A stretch of 24,500 nt of DNA, taken from NCBI GenBank assembly GCA_040752415.1, contig JBFMGU010000163.1:1-24500 (forward strand), read 5' to 3'. This stretch comes from Myxococcota bacterium (lineage in GTDB: Bacteria > Myxococcota > JACRCW01). The notes beneath the pieces were generated by a model that worked only from the letters and a program-made list of their open reading frames with translations, had not been told where the DNA came from and ran no database searches. A program made the translations under genes and the position numbers. Shown piece by piece: positions 1 through 8,221 of this stretch. How positions within the stretch are numbered: the stretch's first letter is position 1; every line of letters starts with the position of its first letter.

Positions 1-132
1 AGCCAGGCCGGCGCCCGCCCCGTCCCCACCGCCAGCATGGCCGCGGCGCGACCGGTGCCGAACACGTCGATGGCGGCGGGTCGGGCGGTGCCGAACGTGA
101 GCCAGGCGGCCGGCCAGCCCGTTCCCACCGTC
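1..132 (+). repeat. Four in-frame 33-bp (11-aa) degenerate repeats
   Basis: SQAGARPVPTA / SMAAARPVPNT / SMAAGRAVPNV / SQAAGQPVPTV start at 1, 34, 67 and 100. Confidence 0.8.
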
Positions 133-1830
133 AGCGGATCCAACCTGCCCCCGGTGGTGGGCGCGGAGCTGCCCGCGGATCCGTCCGCCGCCCCCGCCGT
201 GGCCGTGCAGGCGCCGCCGCGACCCAAGCCCCGCCCGCGTCGGGCGCTGACGGAAGAGGAGCTGGGCATTGCGCCCAAGCAGCCCGACAAGGCCGGCGGG
301 TTGAAGACCACCGTGGTGCTGGGCCTGGGCGGCCTGGCCATCCTGGGCCTCGTGGTGGGCGTCCTCGCCGCCTACCGCGTGCGCACCGAGAAGCTGGCCA
401 ACCTCAGCAAGCCCGCGCGGGAGGCGGTGAGCCAGGACAGCCTCCCCTCGCTGCGCAAGGGCCTGAAGAACTTCGAGGAGATGCTCGACATCTCCAGCGA
501 CCAGCCCATTGCCGTGGCGCACATCGCCTACATCAAGGCGATCATGTTCACGCAGTACGGCACCACCAAGGAAGCGGAGGCCGAGGCCGCGGTGGCCGCC
601 GCCGAGAAGAAGGCGGAGGACAACGCCACCACGCACGTGGCTCGCGCCATGATGCTGACCAAGGCGGGCAAGGCGCAGGAGGCGGTGAACCTGCTGGAGG
701 ACATCCGCACCAAGCTGGGCGACAACGCCGCGCTCGAGGTGGCACTGGGTGAGGCGTACCTGGCGCTGGGCAACCTGGAGAAGGCCGGCGACGCGTTCCA
801 GAGCGCGCGCAACCGCGGCCCCAAGGATGCGCGCCCGGTGTGGGCCACCGCCGAGCTGTTCCGCCTCATCGGCCGGGACCGCGACGCGATTGGCAACTTT
901 GACGCCGCGCTGCGCGTGGACCGCGACCATGCGCCCAGCCGGATTGGTCGCACGCTGACGCGCCTGGAGACCGGCACGCCCTCCGACGTGCAGGCCGCGC
1001 AGACCGACCTCAACATCCTGGCCGACCGCCCCGAGAGCCTGGGCGAGAACTACGGGACGTTGAAGGACCTGGCCAGCGCGGAGGTCATGCGCCTGACCGG
1101 CAACGCGGACTTCAAGAAGGTCTTTGACGACGTCAAGAAGAAGCTGGGCAACCACCCCGACGTGCTGGTGGTGCAGGCGCGCATTGCCATGGACGAGGGC
1201 AAGTCCAGCGAGGCGGCCAAGATCCTCAAGGACGTGGTGGCCAAGAACCCCGGCCGGCTCTCCGCGCAGATTGCGCTGGTGCGCGCGCTCATTGACGCGG
1301 GCCAGTACGGCGAGGCGGAGACGGTGGTGGAGAAGGCGCAGAAGGCGCTGGGCAAGCCCAACCTGGACCTGGCCATCCTGGTGGGTGTGGCGCGTCGGGA
1401 GAAGAAGGACCTCAAGGGCAGCGAGGACGCGTTCAAGAAGGCCAACGAGATCTACCGCGACCACCCGCGCGTCCAGCTGGAGCTTGCCCGCACGTACACC
1501 GAGGAGAAGAAGTACGCGGACGCGTTGACGTTGCTGCAGTCCGCGGTGGAGGGCAGCGCCGACAACCGCAGCCTGCTGGTGGAGACCTTCACGCAGACGG
1601 CAATCACGCTCTCCGCGAAGGGCGACGACAACCTGGCCCTCGTGAGCCTCAACGAGGCGCTCAAGACCGACCAGAACTACGCCCCGGCCTACTACTGGCG
1701 CGGCATGGTCCTGAAGAACGACAAGAAGCAGCGCGACGAGGCCCGCAACTCCTTCCAGAAGTACCTGGACAAGGCGCCGCGCGGAGAGCTGGCCCAGAAA
1801 GCCACCCGCGAGCGCGACGCGCTGCGCTGA
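1..1830 (+). CDS. Membrane-anchored tetratricopeptide repeat (TPR) protein, 5' end probably outside the window
   Basis: Frame 1 is open from base 1 and continues the same Pro-rich repeat seen after the ATG at 37, so 37 is probably not the true start. A Pro/Ala-rich region and a hydrophobic segment (VVLGLGGLAILGLVVGVLAAY) precede many TPR-like helices (ALGEAYLALGNLEKAGDAFQSA, APAYYWRGMVL...ARNSFQKYLDKAPRG). Strong GC3 codon bias. Confidence 0.85.
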   Translation, partial: SQAGARPVPTASMAAARPVPNTSMAAGRAVPNVSQAAGQPVPTVSGSNLPPVVGAELPADPSAAPAVAVQAPPRPKPRPRRALTEEELGIAPKQPDKAGGLKTTVVLGLGGLAILGLVVGVLAAYRVRTEKLANLSKPAREAVSQDSLPSLRKGLKNFEEMLDISSDQPIAVAHIAYIKAIMFTQYGTTKEAEAEAAVAAAEKKAEDNATTHVARAMMLTKAGKAQEAVNLLEDIRTKLGDNAALEVALGEAYLALGNLEKAGDAFQSARNRGPKDARPVWATAELFRLIGRDRDAIGNFDAALRVDRDHAPSRIGRTLTRLETGTPSDVQAAQTDLNILADRPESLGENYGTLKDLASAEVMRLTGNADFKKVFDDVKKKLGNHPDVLVVQARIAMDEGKSSEAAKILKDVVAKNPGRLSAQIALVRALIDAGQYGEAETVVEKAQKALGKPNLDLAILVGVARREKKDLKGSEDAFKKANEIYRDHPRVQLELARTYTEEKKYADALTLLQSAVEGSADNRSLLVETFTQTAITLSAKGDDNLALVSLNEALKTDQNYAPAYYWRGMVLKNDKKQRDEARNSFQKYLDKAPRGELAQKATRERDALR

Positions 1831-1848
1831 CCCATCCCGGGAGATCCC

Positions 1849-2583
1849 ATGGCCAGATCCGTGTTGCGCGGTCTCATCGTGCTGACCGCGTTGGGCACCA
1901 CCCTGCCCGCCCTCTCCGCGCAGCCTCCCACCGACGGGTACGCGCAGGTGCTCAAGGCCAGCGTGAAGGGCAGCAAGGTGGATTACGCGGCGGTGCGCGC
2001 GCAGCGCGAGAAGCTGGAGAAGTACCTGGAGTCCGTGGCTGCCGCGGATCCCAAGACGCTGGGGCCCGACGCCAAGGCCTTCTACATCAACGCCTACAAC
2101 GCGCTGGTGCTGCGCCAGGTGCTGCGTGAGCAGGACGCGCGCGGCGGGAAGCTCAAGAGCGTGCTGGACGTGAAGGGCTTCTTTGACGCGCAGAAGCACA
2201 AGGTGGCCGGCGAGGAGCTCACCCTCAACGAGCTGGAGGAGAAGAGGATCCGCAAGGCGTTCCATGACCCGCGGGTGCACTTCGCGGTGAACTGCGCCTC
2301 CGCGAGCTGCCCGCCGCTGGCGCCCGAGCCCTTCCAGGCCGCCACCCTCGACGCCAGGCTCGACGAGCTGACGCGCGCGTACTTCGCCACGTCGCACGGG
2401 CTGCAGGTGAAGGGCGCGGCGGTGAGCGTGACCAAGCTGCTGGAGTGGTACGCCGGCGACTTTGGCGGTCCCGCCGGGGCCAAGGACTTCGTGGTGAAGT
2501 ACGCGCCGCAGAAGGACGCTGCCGCCGTGAAGTCCGCCACCCTCTCCTTCCACGAGTACGACTGGGCGCTCAACGCGCTGTGA
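1849..2583 (+). CDS. Secreted DUF547-domain protein
   Basis: Signal peptide, GGAG upstream of the ATG, and the family motifs VDY, AFYINAYNALVL, DPRVHFAVNCASASCPPL, WYAGDFG and C-terminal YDWALN. Confidence 0.9.
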   Translation: MARSVLRGLIVLTALGTTLPALSAQPPTDGYAQVLKASVKGSKVDYAAVRAQREKLEKYLESVAAADPKTLGPDAKAFYINAYNALVLRQVLREQDARGGKLKSVLDVKGFFDAQKHKVAGEELTLNELEEKRIRKAFHDPRVHFAVNCASASCPPLAPEPFQAATLDARLDELTRAYFATSHGLQVKGAAVSVTKLLEWYAGDFGGPAGAKDFVVKYAPQKDAAAVKSATLSFHEYDWALNAL

Positions 2584-2588
2584 GTGCC

Positions 2589-3746
2589 ATGAAGCGCGCG
2601 ATTGTCGTCGGGGCGGCGTGCCTGGTGCTGTTGCCAGGCGTGTTCGTGGGTGTGCCCGCGTACGTGGAGAACGACCTCAACCGCGTCCTGGAAGCGCCGC
2701 TGCCGCCGCCCTCCGAGCGCGCCGTGGCGCTGCACCAGAAGCTGCTGGTGGCCGACCTCCACGCCGACAGCCTCCTGTGGAACCGCGACCTGCTGGGCCG
2801 CGCCAGCCGCGGTCACGCCGACCTGCCCCGCCTGCGCGAGGGCAACGTGGCATTGCAGGGCCTGGGGCTGGTCACCAAGACGCCGCGCGGGCAGAACATC
2901 GAGAGCAACGACGACAGCACCGACAACATCCTCCTCCTCTCCCTGGTGCAGCTGTGGCCGCCGCGCACCTGGCTCAGCCTCAAGGAGCGCGCGCTCTACC
3001 AGGCGGCCAAGCTGCACGACCTGGCGGCCCGCTCCGACGGTGGCCTCACGATCATCCGCACCGGGGTGGAGCTGCGCGCGTTCCTGGAGCGTCGCGCCAG
3101 GGATCCTTCCGTCGTGGCCACGTTCCTGGGCGTGGAGGGCGCGCACGCGCTGGAGGGCGAGGTGCAGAACGTGGACGCGCTGTTCGAGGCGGGCGTGCGC
3201 ATGATGTCGCCGGCGCATTTCTTTGACACCGACATGGGTGGCAGCGCGCACGGCGTGGAGCGCGGCGGCCTGACCGGGAAGGGTCGGGAGATGATCCGGC
3301 GCATGGAGGCGCGCAAGATGCTGGTGGACCTGGCGCACGCCTCGCACCAGGCCGTCGACGACGTGCTGGCCATGGCCACGCGCCCGGTGCTGGTGAGCCA
3401 CACCGGCGTGAAGGGCACCTGCGACAACAACCGCAACCTCTCCGACGAGCACCTGCGCGCCATCGCCCGCACCGGCGGCGTGGTGGGGGTGGGACTGTGG
3501 GAGACGGCCACGTGCGGGACGGATGCGCGCGCGGTGGCCAGGGCCATGCGTCACGTGGCGAACGTGGTGGGCGTGCAGCACGTGGGCCTGGGCACCGACT
3601 TCGACGGCGCAGTCACCACGCCCTTCGACGTCAGCGGGCTGGTCCACGTCACCGACGCGCTGCTCGCGGAAGGATTCTCCGACGAGGAGATTGCGCAGAT
3701 CATGGGTGGCAACATCCTGCGCGTGTTGCAGGAACAGCTGCCCTGA
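2589..3746 (+). CDS. Membrane dipeptidase (peptidase M19, renal dipeptidase family)
   Basis: ATG at 2589 lies 5 bp after the DUF547 stop and gives an N-terminal hydrophobic anchor. Metal-binding and catalytic motifs ADLHAD, GVEG, DLAH, VSHTG, RNLSD and GLGTDFDG are present, with the typical end IMGGNILRVL. Confidence 0.9.
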   Translation: MKRAIVVGAACLVLLPGVFVGVPAYVENDLNRVLEAPLPPPSERAVALHQKLLVADLHADSLLWNRDLLGRASRGHADLPRLREGNVALQGLGLVTKTPRGQNIESNDDSTDNILLLSLVQLWPPRTWLSLKERALYQAAKLHDLAARSDGGLTIIRTGVELRAFLERRARDPSVVATFLGVEGAHALEGEVQNVDALFEAGVRMMSPAHFFDTDMGGSAHGVERGGLTGKGREMIRRMEARKMLVDLAHASHQAVDDVLAMATRPVLVSHTGVKGTCDNNRNLSDEHLRAIARTGGVVGVGLWETATCGTDARAVARAMRHVANVVGVQHVGLGTDFDGAVTTPFDVSGLVHVTDALLAEGFSDEEIAQIMGGNILRVLQEQLP

Positions 3747-3761
3747 GCGGTAGCGACGTGG

Positions 3762-4760
3762 TCAGCCCTTGAGCGCGCGGATGGGCGTCTGCTCCATGGC
3801 GTCCATGGACTTCATCATGTTGCTGAGCATCTCGTACATCTTCTGCAGGTCGCTCATCAGCTTCTGCAGCAGCTGCTGCTTCATGGTGTCGCTCATCTTC
3901 GAGGGGTCACCCTTCACGCCGCCAAAGTCCTGCGTGCCGCCCGCCGCGCCGACACCGAGCTGCTGCTGCATGGTCCCGCCCATGCTCGCCCACGCGCCGC
4001 CCTTGCTCCCCGTGGCTCCCGGCGCCGCCCCGCCCTTGTCCAGCTGCTGCACCTTGTTGAGGATCTCCTTCTCCTTCTTCTCGGCGTACTTCATGAGCAG
4101 GAACGTCACCATGTCCTCAAAGCTCATGTTCCCCATGCCCTGAGGCAGACCGCCCTGCTCCCTCACGTTCTGCGCCAGCGACGTCACGTTGGCCGCCATG
4201 CGCTGCATGCAGCCGCCGACGACACCGCCGCCCACGCTCCGTCGCACCGGCGTGCGCGCGAGCGCCGCGCAACATCCCGTGTTCGCAATCTCGCCGCTCT
4301 TGATCGCGTTGCGCAGCTGCTGCGCCACCAGCGGGCTGCCCGGCTTGTAGACGGTGAGCACGCCGTCCTTCTTTCCGTCGGGGATGATGATGCCGCCGAG
4401 CATCTTCTCCAGCCGGCTCTTCAGCGCGGGGTCCTTGCGCATGGCCTTCTCGATGGACCGACCGAGCTTGCCCTTGCCGAACGGCGCCACGCGCTCCGTG
4501 CCACCCCACGCGTTCATGCCGCGCTCCACGCACCCGTTCTCGGCGAGGATCTGCGCCGGCGCGGGCATCACCTGCCTGGCCGCGAGCGCGTGGCCGCTGA
4601 TGAGCTGCGGGTCCACGCCCGCCGTCATCATGCCGAGCTGCTGGATGAGCACGTTGATGTCCATCCGCGTCTGCCCCACGCGCGAGGTCAGCGCCGTCGC
4701 GAGCGAGTCCGGGATGCCGAGACGGGAGACCACCGCGGGAGTGATGGCAACGTGGGACAT
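3762..4760 (-). CDS. Hypothetical Met/Gln-rich helical protein with a type III needle/filament-like C-terminus
   Basis: 332-aa ORF with host codon bias, GGAG upstream and no signal peptide. It ends QQLLQKLMSDLQKMYEMLSNMMKSMDAMEQTPIRALKG. The CDS is well supported; the function is inference. Confidence 0.75.
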   Translation of the reverse strand: MSHVAITPAVVSRLGIPDSLATALTSRVGQTRMDINVLIQQLGMMTAGVDPQLISGHALAARQVMPAPAQILAENGCVERGMNAWGGTERVAPFGKGKLGRSIEKAMRKDPALKSRLEKMLGGIIIPDGKKDGVLTVYKPGSPLVAQQLRNAIKSGEIANTGCCAALARTPVRRSVGGGVVGGCMQRMAANVTSLAQNVREQGGLPQGMGNMSFEDMVTFLLMKYAEKKEKEILNKVQQLDKGGAAPGATGSKGGAWASMGGTMQQQLGVGAAGGTQDFGGVKGDPSKMSDTMKQQLLQKLMSDLQKMYEMLSNMMKSMDAMEQTPIRALKG

Positions 4761-4810
4761 GGAAGGCTCCAGGACCGGGGAGAACGGCCCGAACCCGTCA
4801 ACGATGGCCC

Positions 4811-4830
4811 GTTGTCACGACGTTGGCAAC
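4811..4830. promoter_or_regulatory. Imperfect palindrome, candidate operator
   Basis: GTTGTCA-N6-TGGCAAC (6/7 arm match), about 50 bp upstream of the 4760 start. Confidence 0.25.
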
Positions 4831-4868
4831 ACCGGCGCCGTCCCACCGATAACGCTGTCAAAGCCCCG

Positions 4869-5399
4869 TCAGGACGAGAAGAAGCGTCGCAGGTCCTCCA
4901 GGTGCGTGCGCAACATCCCCGCGCGCTTCTCCTGCACCAGCCGCTCCGGCAACACCAGGTCCAACACCGAGGGCAGCTCGGTCTCCAGGTGCACGTCCAA
5001 CCGGGTCGTCTCCGTCGACACCGGGACCAGCTTGAGCCGCGCGCGGATCTCACTGCCCATCACACCGTCCACCACCGCAAAGCGCACCAGCCGTCCGGGC
5101 TCATTGCGGAACTGCATGGTGTAAGGGCGCTCGAAGCGCAGGGAGCGGAACTGCACGCGCGCGTCGTCACGGCCGCCGGACACCACCGTGGTGGAGCGGA
5201 TGCCCTGGAACACCTGCGGCCAGCGACCGTAGTCGGTGAGCGTGGCGTAGACCTGCTCCGCCGGCGCGGCCAGCTCGACGGCACCCAGGCTCACATCCGC
5301 GTCGCGCGGCGCATTCCACACCCGCGCTCCCGACGTGGACGCCACCGCCAACGTGGTGCCCAGGAGCAACATCACCGTCAGCACGAACCGTCGCGCCAT
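4869..5399 (-). CDS. SRPBCC (START/polyketide cyclase-like) family protein with signal peptide
   Basis: ATG at 5399 has GGAGGG upstream and a signal peptide (MARRFVLTVMLLLGTTLAVAS). The SRPBCC start motif VELAAPAEQVYATLTDYGRWPQVF and a C-terminal helix (LEDLRRFF) are present. Confidence 0.8.
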   Translation of the reverse strand: MARRFVLTVMLLLGTTLAVASTSGARVWNAPRDADVSLGAVELAAPAEQVYATLTDYGRWPQVFQGIRSTTVVSGGRDDARVQFRSLRFERPYTMQFRNEPGRLVRFAVVDGVMGSEIRARLKLVPVSTETTRLDVHLETELPSVLDLVLPERLVQEKRAGMLRTHLEDLRRFFSS

Positions 5400-5470
5400 C
5401 CCGCCCTCCTCGACCCGGGCATGTACGTGGGTTGACATCGCGCGGCACATCACGTCCAACACGGACGTCC

Positions 5471-7660
5471 ATGACTGCTCGCGCTTTCATGCTCCCGTTG
5501 GTGCTGTTGCTGGCCGCGCCCGCCGTCGAGCCCACGCTGCAGGTGGCGCGTCGCTGGTTGCGCCTGCAGGAACCCGTCAAGGCCCTGGCCACGCTGCGCG
5601 AGGGCGCGCTGGGGGCTCCGTCGACGAATCCCGCGCACAACGGCGTGCTGGCCCTGGCGGCAAGCGGCGCCGGGGAGCGGGCGTTGGCGCAGCAGGCGCT
5701 GGAGGCGTTGCGCGGCGTGGAGCTTCCGCCGCTGGCCCGGCTGGCCCTCGACGCGCGGCTGCTGGGGGTGTGCGGGGATTGTCGCGTGGGTGGGCACAGC
5801 GCGGCGGAGGTGATGGCGGCGCCGGTGATGGTGCAGGCGCGTTATCTCACGGGGCTGGTGCGCGTGGATGTGGCCGCGGCGCGTGCGCTGGCCAAGGAGA
5901 TCATGCGCAAAGAGGCTTGGCGTGACGACGACGCTCCACCCCACGAACGTGCCGAGCTGCTCTCCGCCGTCTACACCGCGCTGGAGGTGGGCGGAGACCG
6001 AAAGGCCGCCGACGAGGTCATGGTGACGGCGTGGCAGCTGCTCCCCATGGAGCCGGCGCTGGGCTACCTGGTGCGTCCCCTCCTCGAGACGGACATGATC
6101 GCCCGACACGGCGTGGCCGCGGGCGTGCTCCACCTCGAGGGACTGCAGGCCGCCAACCGCAACCACGAGGTGCTGGGGCTGGGCGCGCGGCTCTGCAAGA
6201 ACGTGGTGGTGCAGGACAAGCGCGTCTGTCCCGCGCTGGAGAAGCCGCTGGGATGTCGCGTGGCGTTCGCGGTGGGGAAGGCGCTGCGGCAGCGTCGGAA
6301 GTACGAGGATGCGGAGCGCACGCTGGGTGCCGTTGCCGACGGATGTCCCGAGCTGGCCGAGCGTGCGTTGTACCTGGGAGCCCGCGCGGCCATGGCGCAG
6401 AAGGGTGGCGGACCGCGTGCCATCGCCTTGCTGGACCGGCTGGCCACGGGGTTTCCGCAGAGCAACCTTGCCGACGACGCGCTGGTGCTCGCCGGTGAGA
6501 CCGCGGCGCGCATCGAGGATCCCGACCGCGCGCGTCGCTACTGGCAGCGTGCGGAGGGGCTGTCCCAGGGCGACATGATGCCGCAGGCCGCGTGGTGGCT
6601 GGCGTGGAGCGCCATCGACGCGGGTCGTCACGACGAGGCGCGGGAGCGACTGGAGACCATCGTCAAGCGGAACGTCGCCACGGACCCGGTGGAGTGGCGA
6701 CGGGCGGCGTACTGGCGCGCGCGCCTCAGCAAGGATCCCGCGATGGCCATCTCCGGGATGGAGGAGATCGTGCGTCGGGAGCCGCTCAGCTTCGAGGCGG
6801 CGATGGCGCGTGGATTCCTCCGCTCCCAGGGCGTGGGCGTGCCCGCCGCACCCGCGTTCCCAACGACGAAGGAAGTGACACCTGCTTCCCTCGACGCGCT
6901 GGCGAGCGCGGGCATGGCGCTGTGGCGCCTGGGCATGGATGACGACGCGGCGGCCATGTTGCGCGCCTCCCTGAACGAGCGCGCCGCGAACGGAAAGACC
7001 GCGCCTTCCGACGTGGACGTGGTGCAGATGTTGCTCGCCGCGGGGGATGCACCCCATGCTTCACGCTGGATCCGCAAGCGGTGGCGTGACTCCCTCCACG
7101 GTTTCCCCACCGACGTCACCGCACGCGTGTGGCGCGTGGCCTACCCGCTGGCGCACGAGGAGGCGATCAGCACCGCGGCCAAGGACTCCGGCGTTCCCGC
7201 GCCGCTCCTGTTTGCGCTGGCACGCGAGGAGAGCGCGTTTGACCACGCGGTGACGTCGTTGTCCGGGGCGGTGGGGCTGATGCAGCTGGTGCCGCCCACC
7301 GCGCTCACCGAGGCCATGACCCTCAAGATGGAGCTCAACAACGAGGCGGAGCTGCGCGACCCGTACACCAACGCGCGGCTGGGCGCGGCGTACCTCATGC
7401 GCAACCTGCGACAGTTCCACGGCAACGCCGCACTCGCGCTGGCCGCGTACAACGCGGGCCCGGGCTCCGTGCACAAGTGGCTGAAGGCCGACCCGGAGGC
7501 GCCGCTGGACCTCTACGTCGAGAGAATCCCCATTGCGGAGACGCGGGACTACGTGAAGCGTGTGCTGGAGAGCTACAGCGTCTACCTGGCGCTGCACCAG
7601 GGCGGCACACCGCTGGAGCTGCCGCTGCGCGCCGCGGATGCCATGGTGCCGGTGCGCTGA
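5471..7660 (+). CDS. slt: Soluble lytic transglycosylase (Slt70-like) with helical/TPR N-terminal region
   Basis: C-terminal SLT motifs AREESAF (catalytic Glu), GAVGLMQL, ALAAYNAGPG and ETRDYVKRV. Signal peptide MLPLVLLLAA. The start is 5471 or 5489. Confidence 0.9.
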   Translation: MTARAFMLPLVLLLAAPAVEPTLQVARRWLRLQEPVKALATLREGALGAPSTNPAHNGVLALAASGAGERALAQQALEALRGVELPPLARLALDARLLGVCGDCRVGGHSAAEVMAAPVMVQARYLTGLVRVDVAAARALAKEIMRKEAWRDDDAPPHERAELLSAVYTALEVGGDRKAADEVMVTAWQLLPMEPALGYLVRPLLETDMIARHGVAAGVLHLEGLQAANRNHEVLGLGARLCKNVVVQDKRVCPALEKPLGCRVAFAVGKALRQRRKYEDAERTLGAVADGCPELAERALYLGARAAMAQKGGGPRAIALLDRLATGFPQSNLADDALVLAGETAARIEDPDRARRYWQRAEGLSQGDMMPQAAWWLAWSAIDAGRHDEARERLETIVKRNVATDPVEWRRAAYWRARLSKDPAMAISGMEEIVRREPLSFEAAMARGFLRSQGVGVPAAPAFPTTKEVTPASLDALASAGMALWRLGMDDDAAAMLRASLNERAANGKTAPSDVDVVQMLLAAGDAPHASRWIRKRWRDSLHGFPTDVTARVWRVAYPLAHEEAISTAAKDSGVPAPLLFALAREESAFDHAVTSLSGAVGLMQLVPPTALTEAMTLKMELNNEAELRDPYTNARLGAAYLMRNLRQFHGNAALALAAYNAGPGSVHKWLKADPEAPLDLYVERIPIAETRDYVKRVLESYSVYLALHQGGTPLELPLRAADAMVPVR

Positions 7661-7701
7661 GCCCGAGGGCGCCTGCAGCCCATCCACTGGTCCGCACCAA
7701 C

Positions 7702-7710
7702 TGCTATGTT
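7702..7710 (+). promoter_or_regulatory. Extended -10 element, probable leaderless promoter
   Basis: TGcTATGTT (TGnTAnnnT) ends 7 nt before the ATG at 7718, and there is no Shine-Dalgarno. Confidence 0.45.
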
Positions 7711-7717
7711 GTGGGGC

Positions 7718-7969
7718 ATGGAGCCGACAGACACGTCACCGGAGGCGAGGCGGGTGCAGATCGAAGCATGGCGAAGGCTCGGCCTTGAAGGGCGCGTGGC
7801 CGTCATGCTGGACATGTGTGAGATGGCCGCAAGTACGAGCAAATGGGGCATCCGCCACCGTCACCCCGACTACACCGACGAGCAGGTCCATGACGCCTTC
7901 CTGGTCTTGCTTTGGGGCGAGGAACTGTTTTCCAAGGCCTGCCCTGGGCGACCGCTGTGCAAACCATGA
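7718..7969 (+). CDS. Rv0078B/MenA1-like antitoxin
   Basis: 83 aa with pattern DTSPEA..VQIEAWRRL..EGR......DMCE........GIRHRHPDYTDEQV, typical of small helical partners of nucleotidyltransferase toxins. Its stop overlaps the next start (ATGA, 7966-7969). Confidence 0.7.
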   Translation: MEPTDTSPEARRVQIEAWRRLGLEGRVAVMLDMCEMAASTSKWGIRHRHPDYTDEQVHDAFLVLLWGEELFSKACPGRPLCKP

Positions 7970-8199
7970 ACGCCGGCGCAACGTTTCTGACGCGTCTCCT
8001 GGCCCTGTTGGACGCCGCAAAGATCGTGGCGAAGTTGGAGTGGTCCAAGCTCTCGGGCGGCTCCCAACGCCAGCGACGTGACGTCGTCGGAATTCTCACG
8101 GTGCAGACAGCTCTGGACATCCCGTACATCGAGCACTGGGTCCGTGACCCGGGCCTTGACGAAGAATGGGCCGCGGTACGAGCGCTCAAGGACGGGTGA
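7966..8199 (+). pseudogene. MenT-like nucleotidyltransferase toxin remnant with in-frame internal deletion
   Basis: 77 aa. The N-terminal helix (FLTRLLALLDAAKI) is fused directly to the C-terminal family motifs (IVAKLEW...GGSQRQRRDVVGIL...LDIPYIEHWV...GLDEEW). The G[GS]...PR.T.D.D catalytic segment that should follow the first helix is absent. Confidence 0.7.
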
Positions 8200-8221
8200 C
8201 GTCGCCCATGCACGTGTTGCG

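Noticed and set aside
4846..4861. Sigma28-like CCGATAAC and minus-strand TTGACA as promoter of the 3762-4760 gene
   Set aside because: CCGATAAC is on the wrong strand for that gene, and the TTGACA has no credible -10 at 17 bp.
5432..5460. Sigma70 promoter for slt
   Set aside because: TTGACA is perfect, but the -10 position reads TCCAAC, too weak to call.
2094..7057. 517-aa and 535-aa minus-strand ORFs
   Set aside because: They overlap the motif-supported DUF547, dipeptidase and slt genes in antisense.
7661..8221. Mobile element carrying the TA pair
   Set aside because: No transposase, integrase, terminal inverted repeats or target-site duplication is visible.
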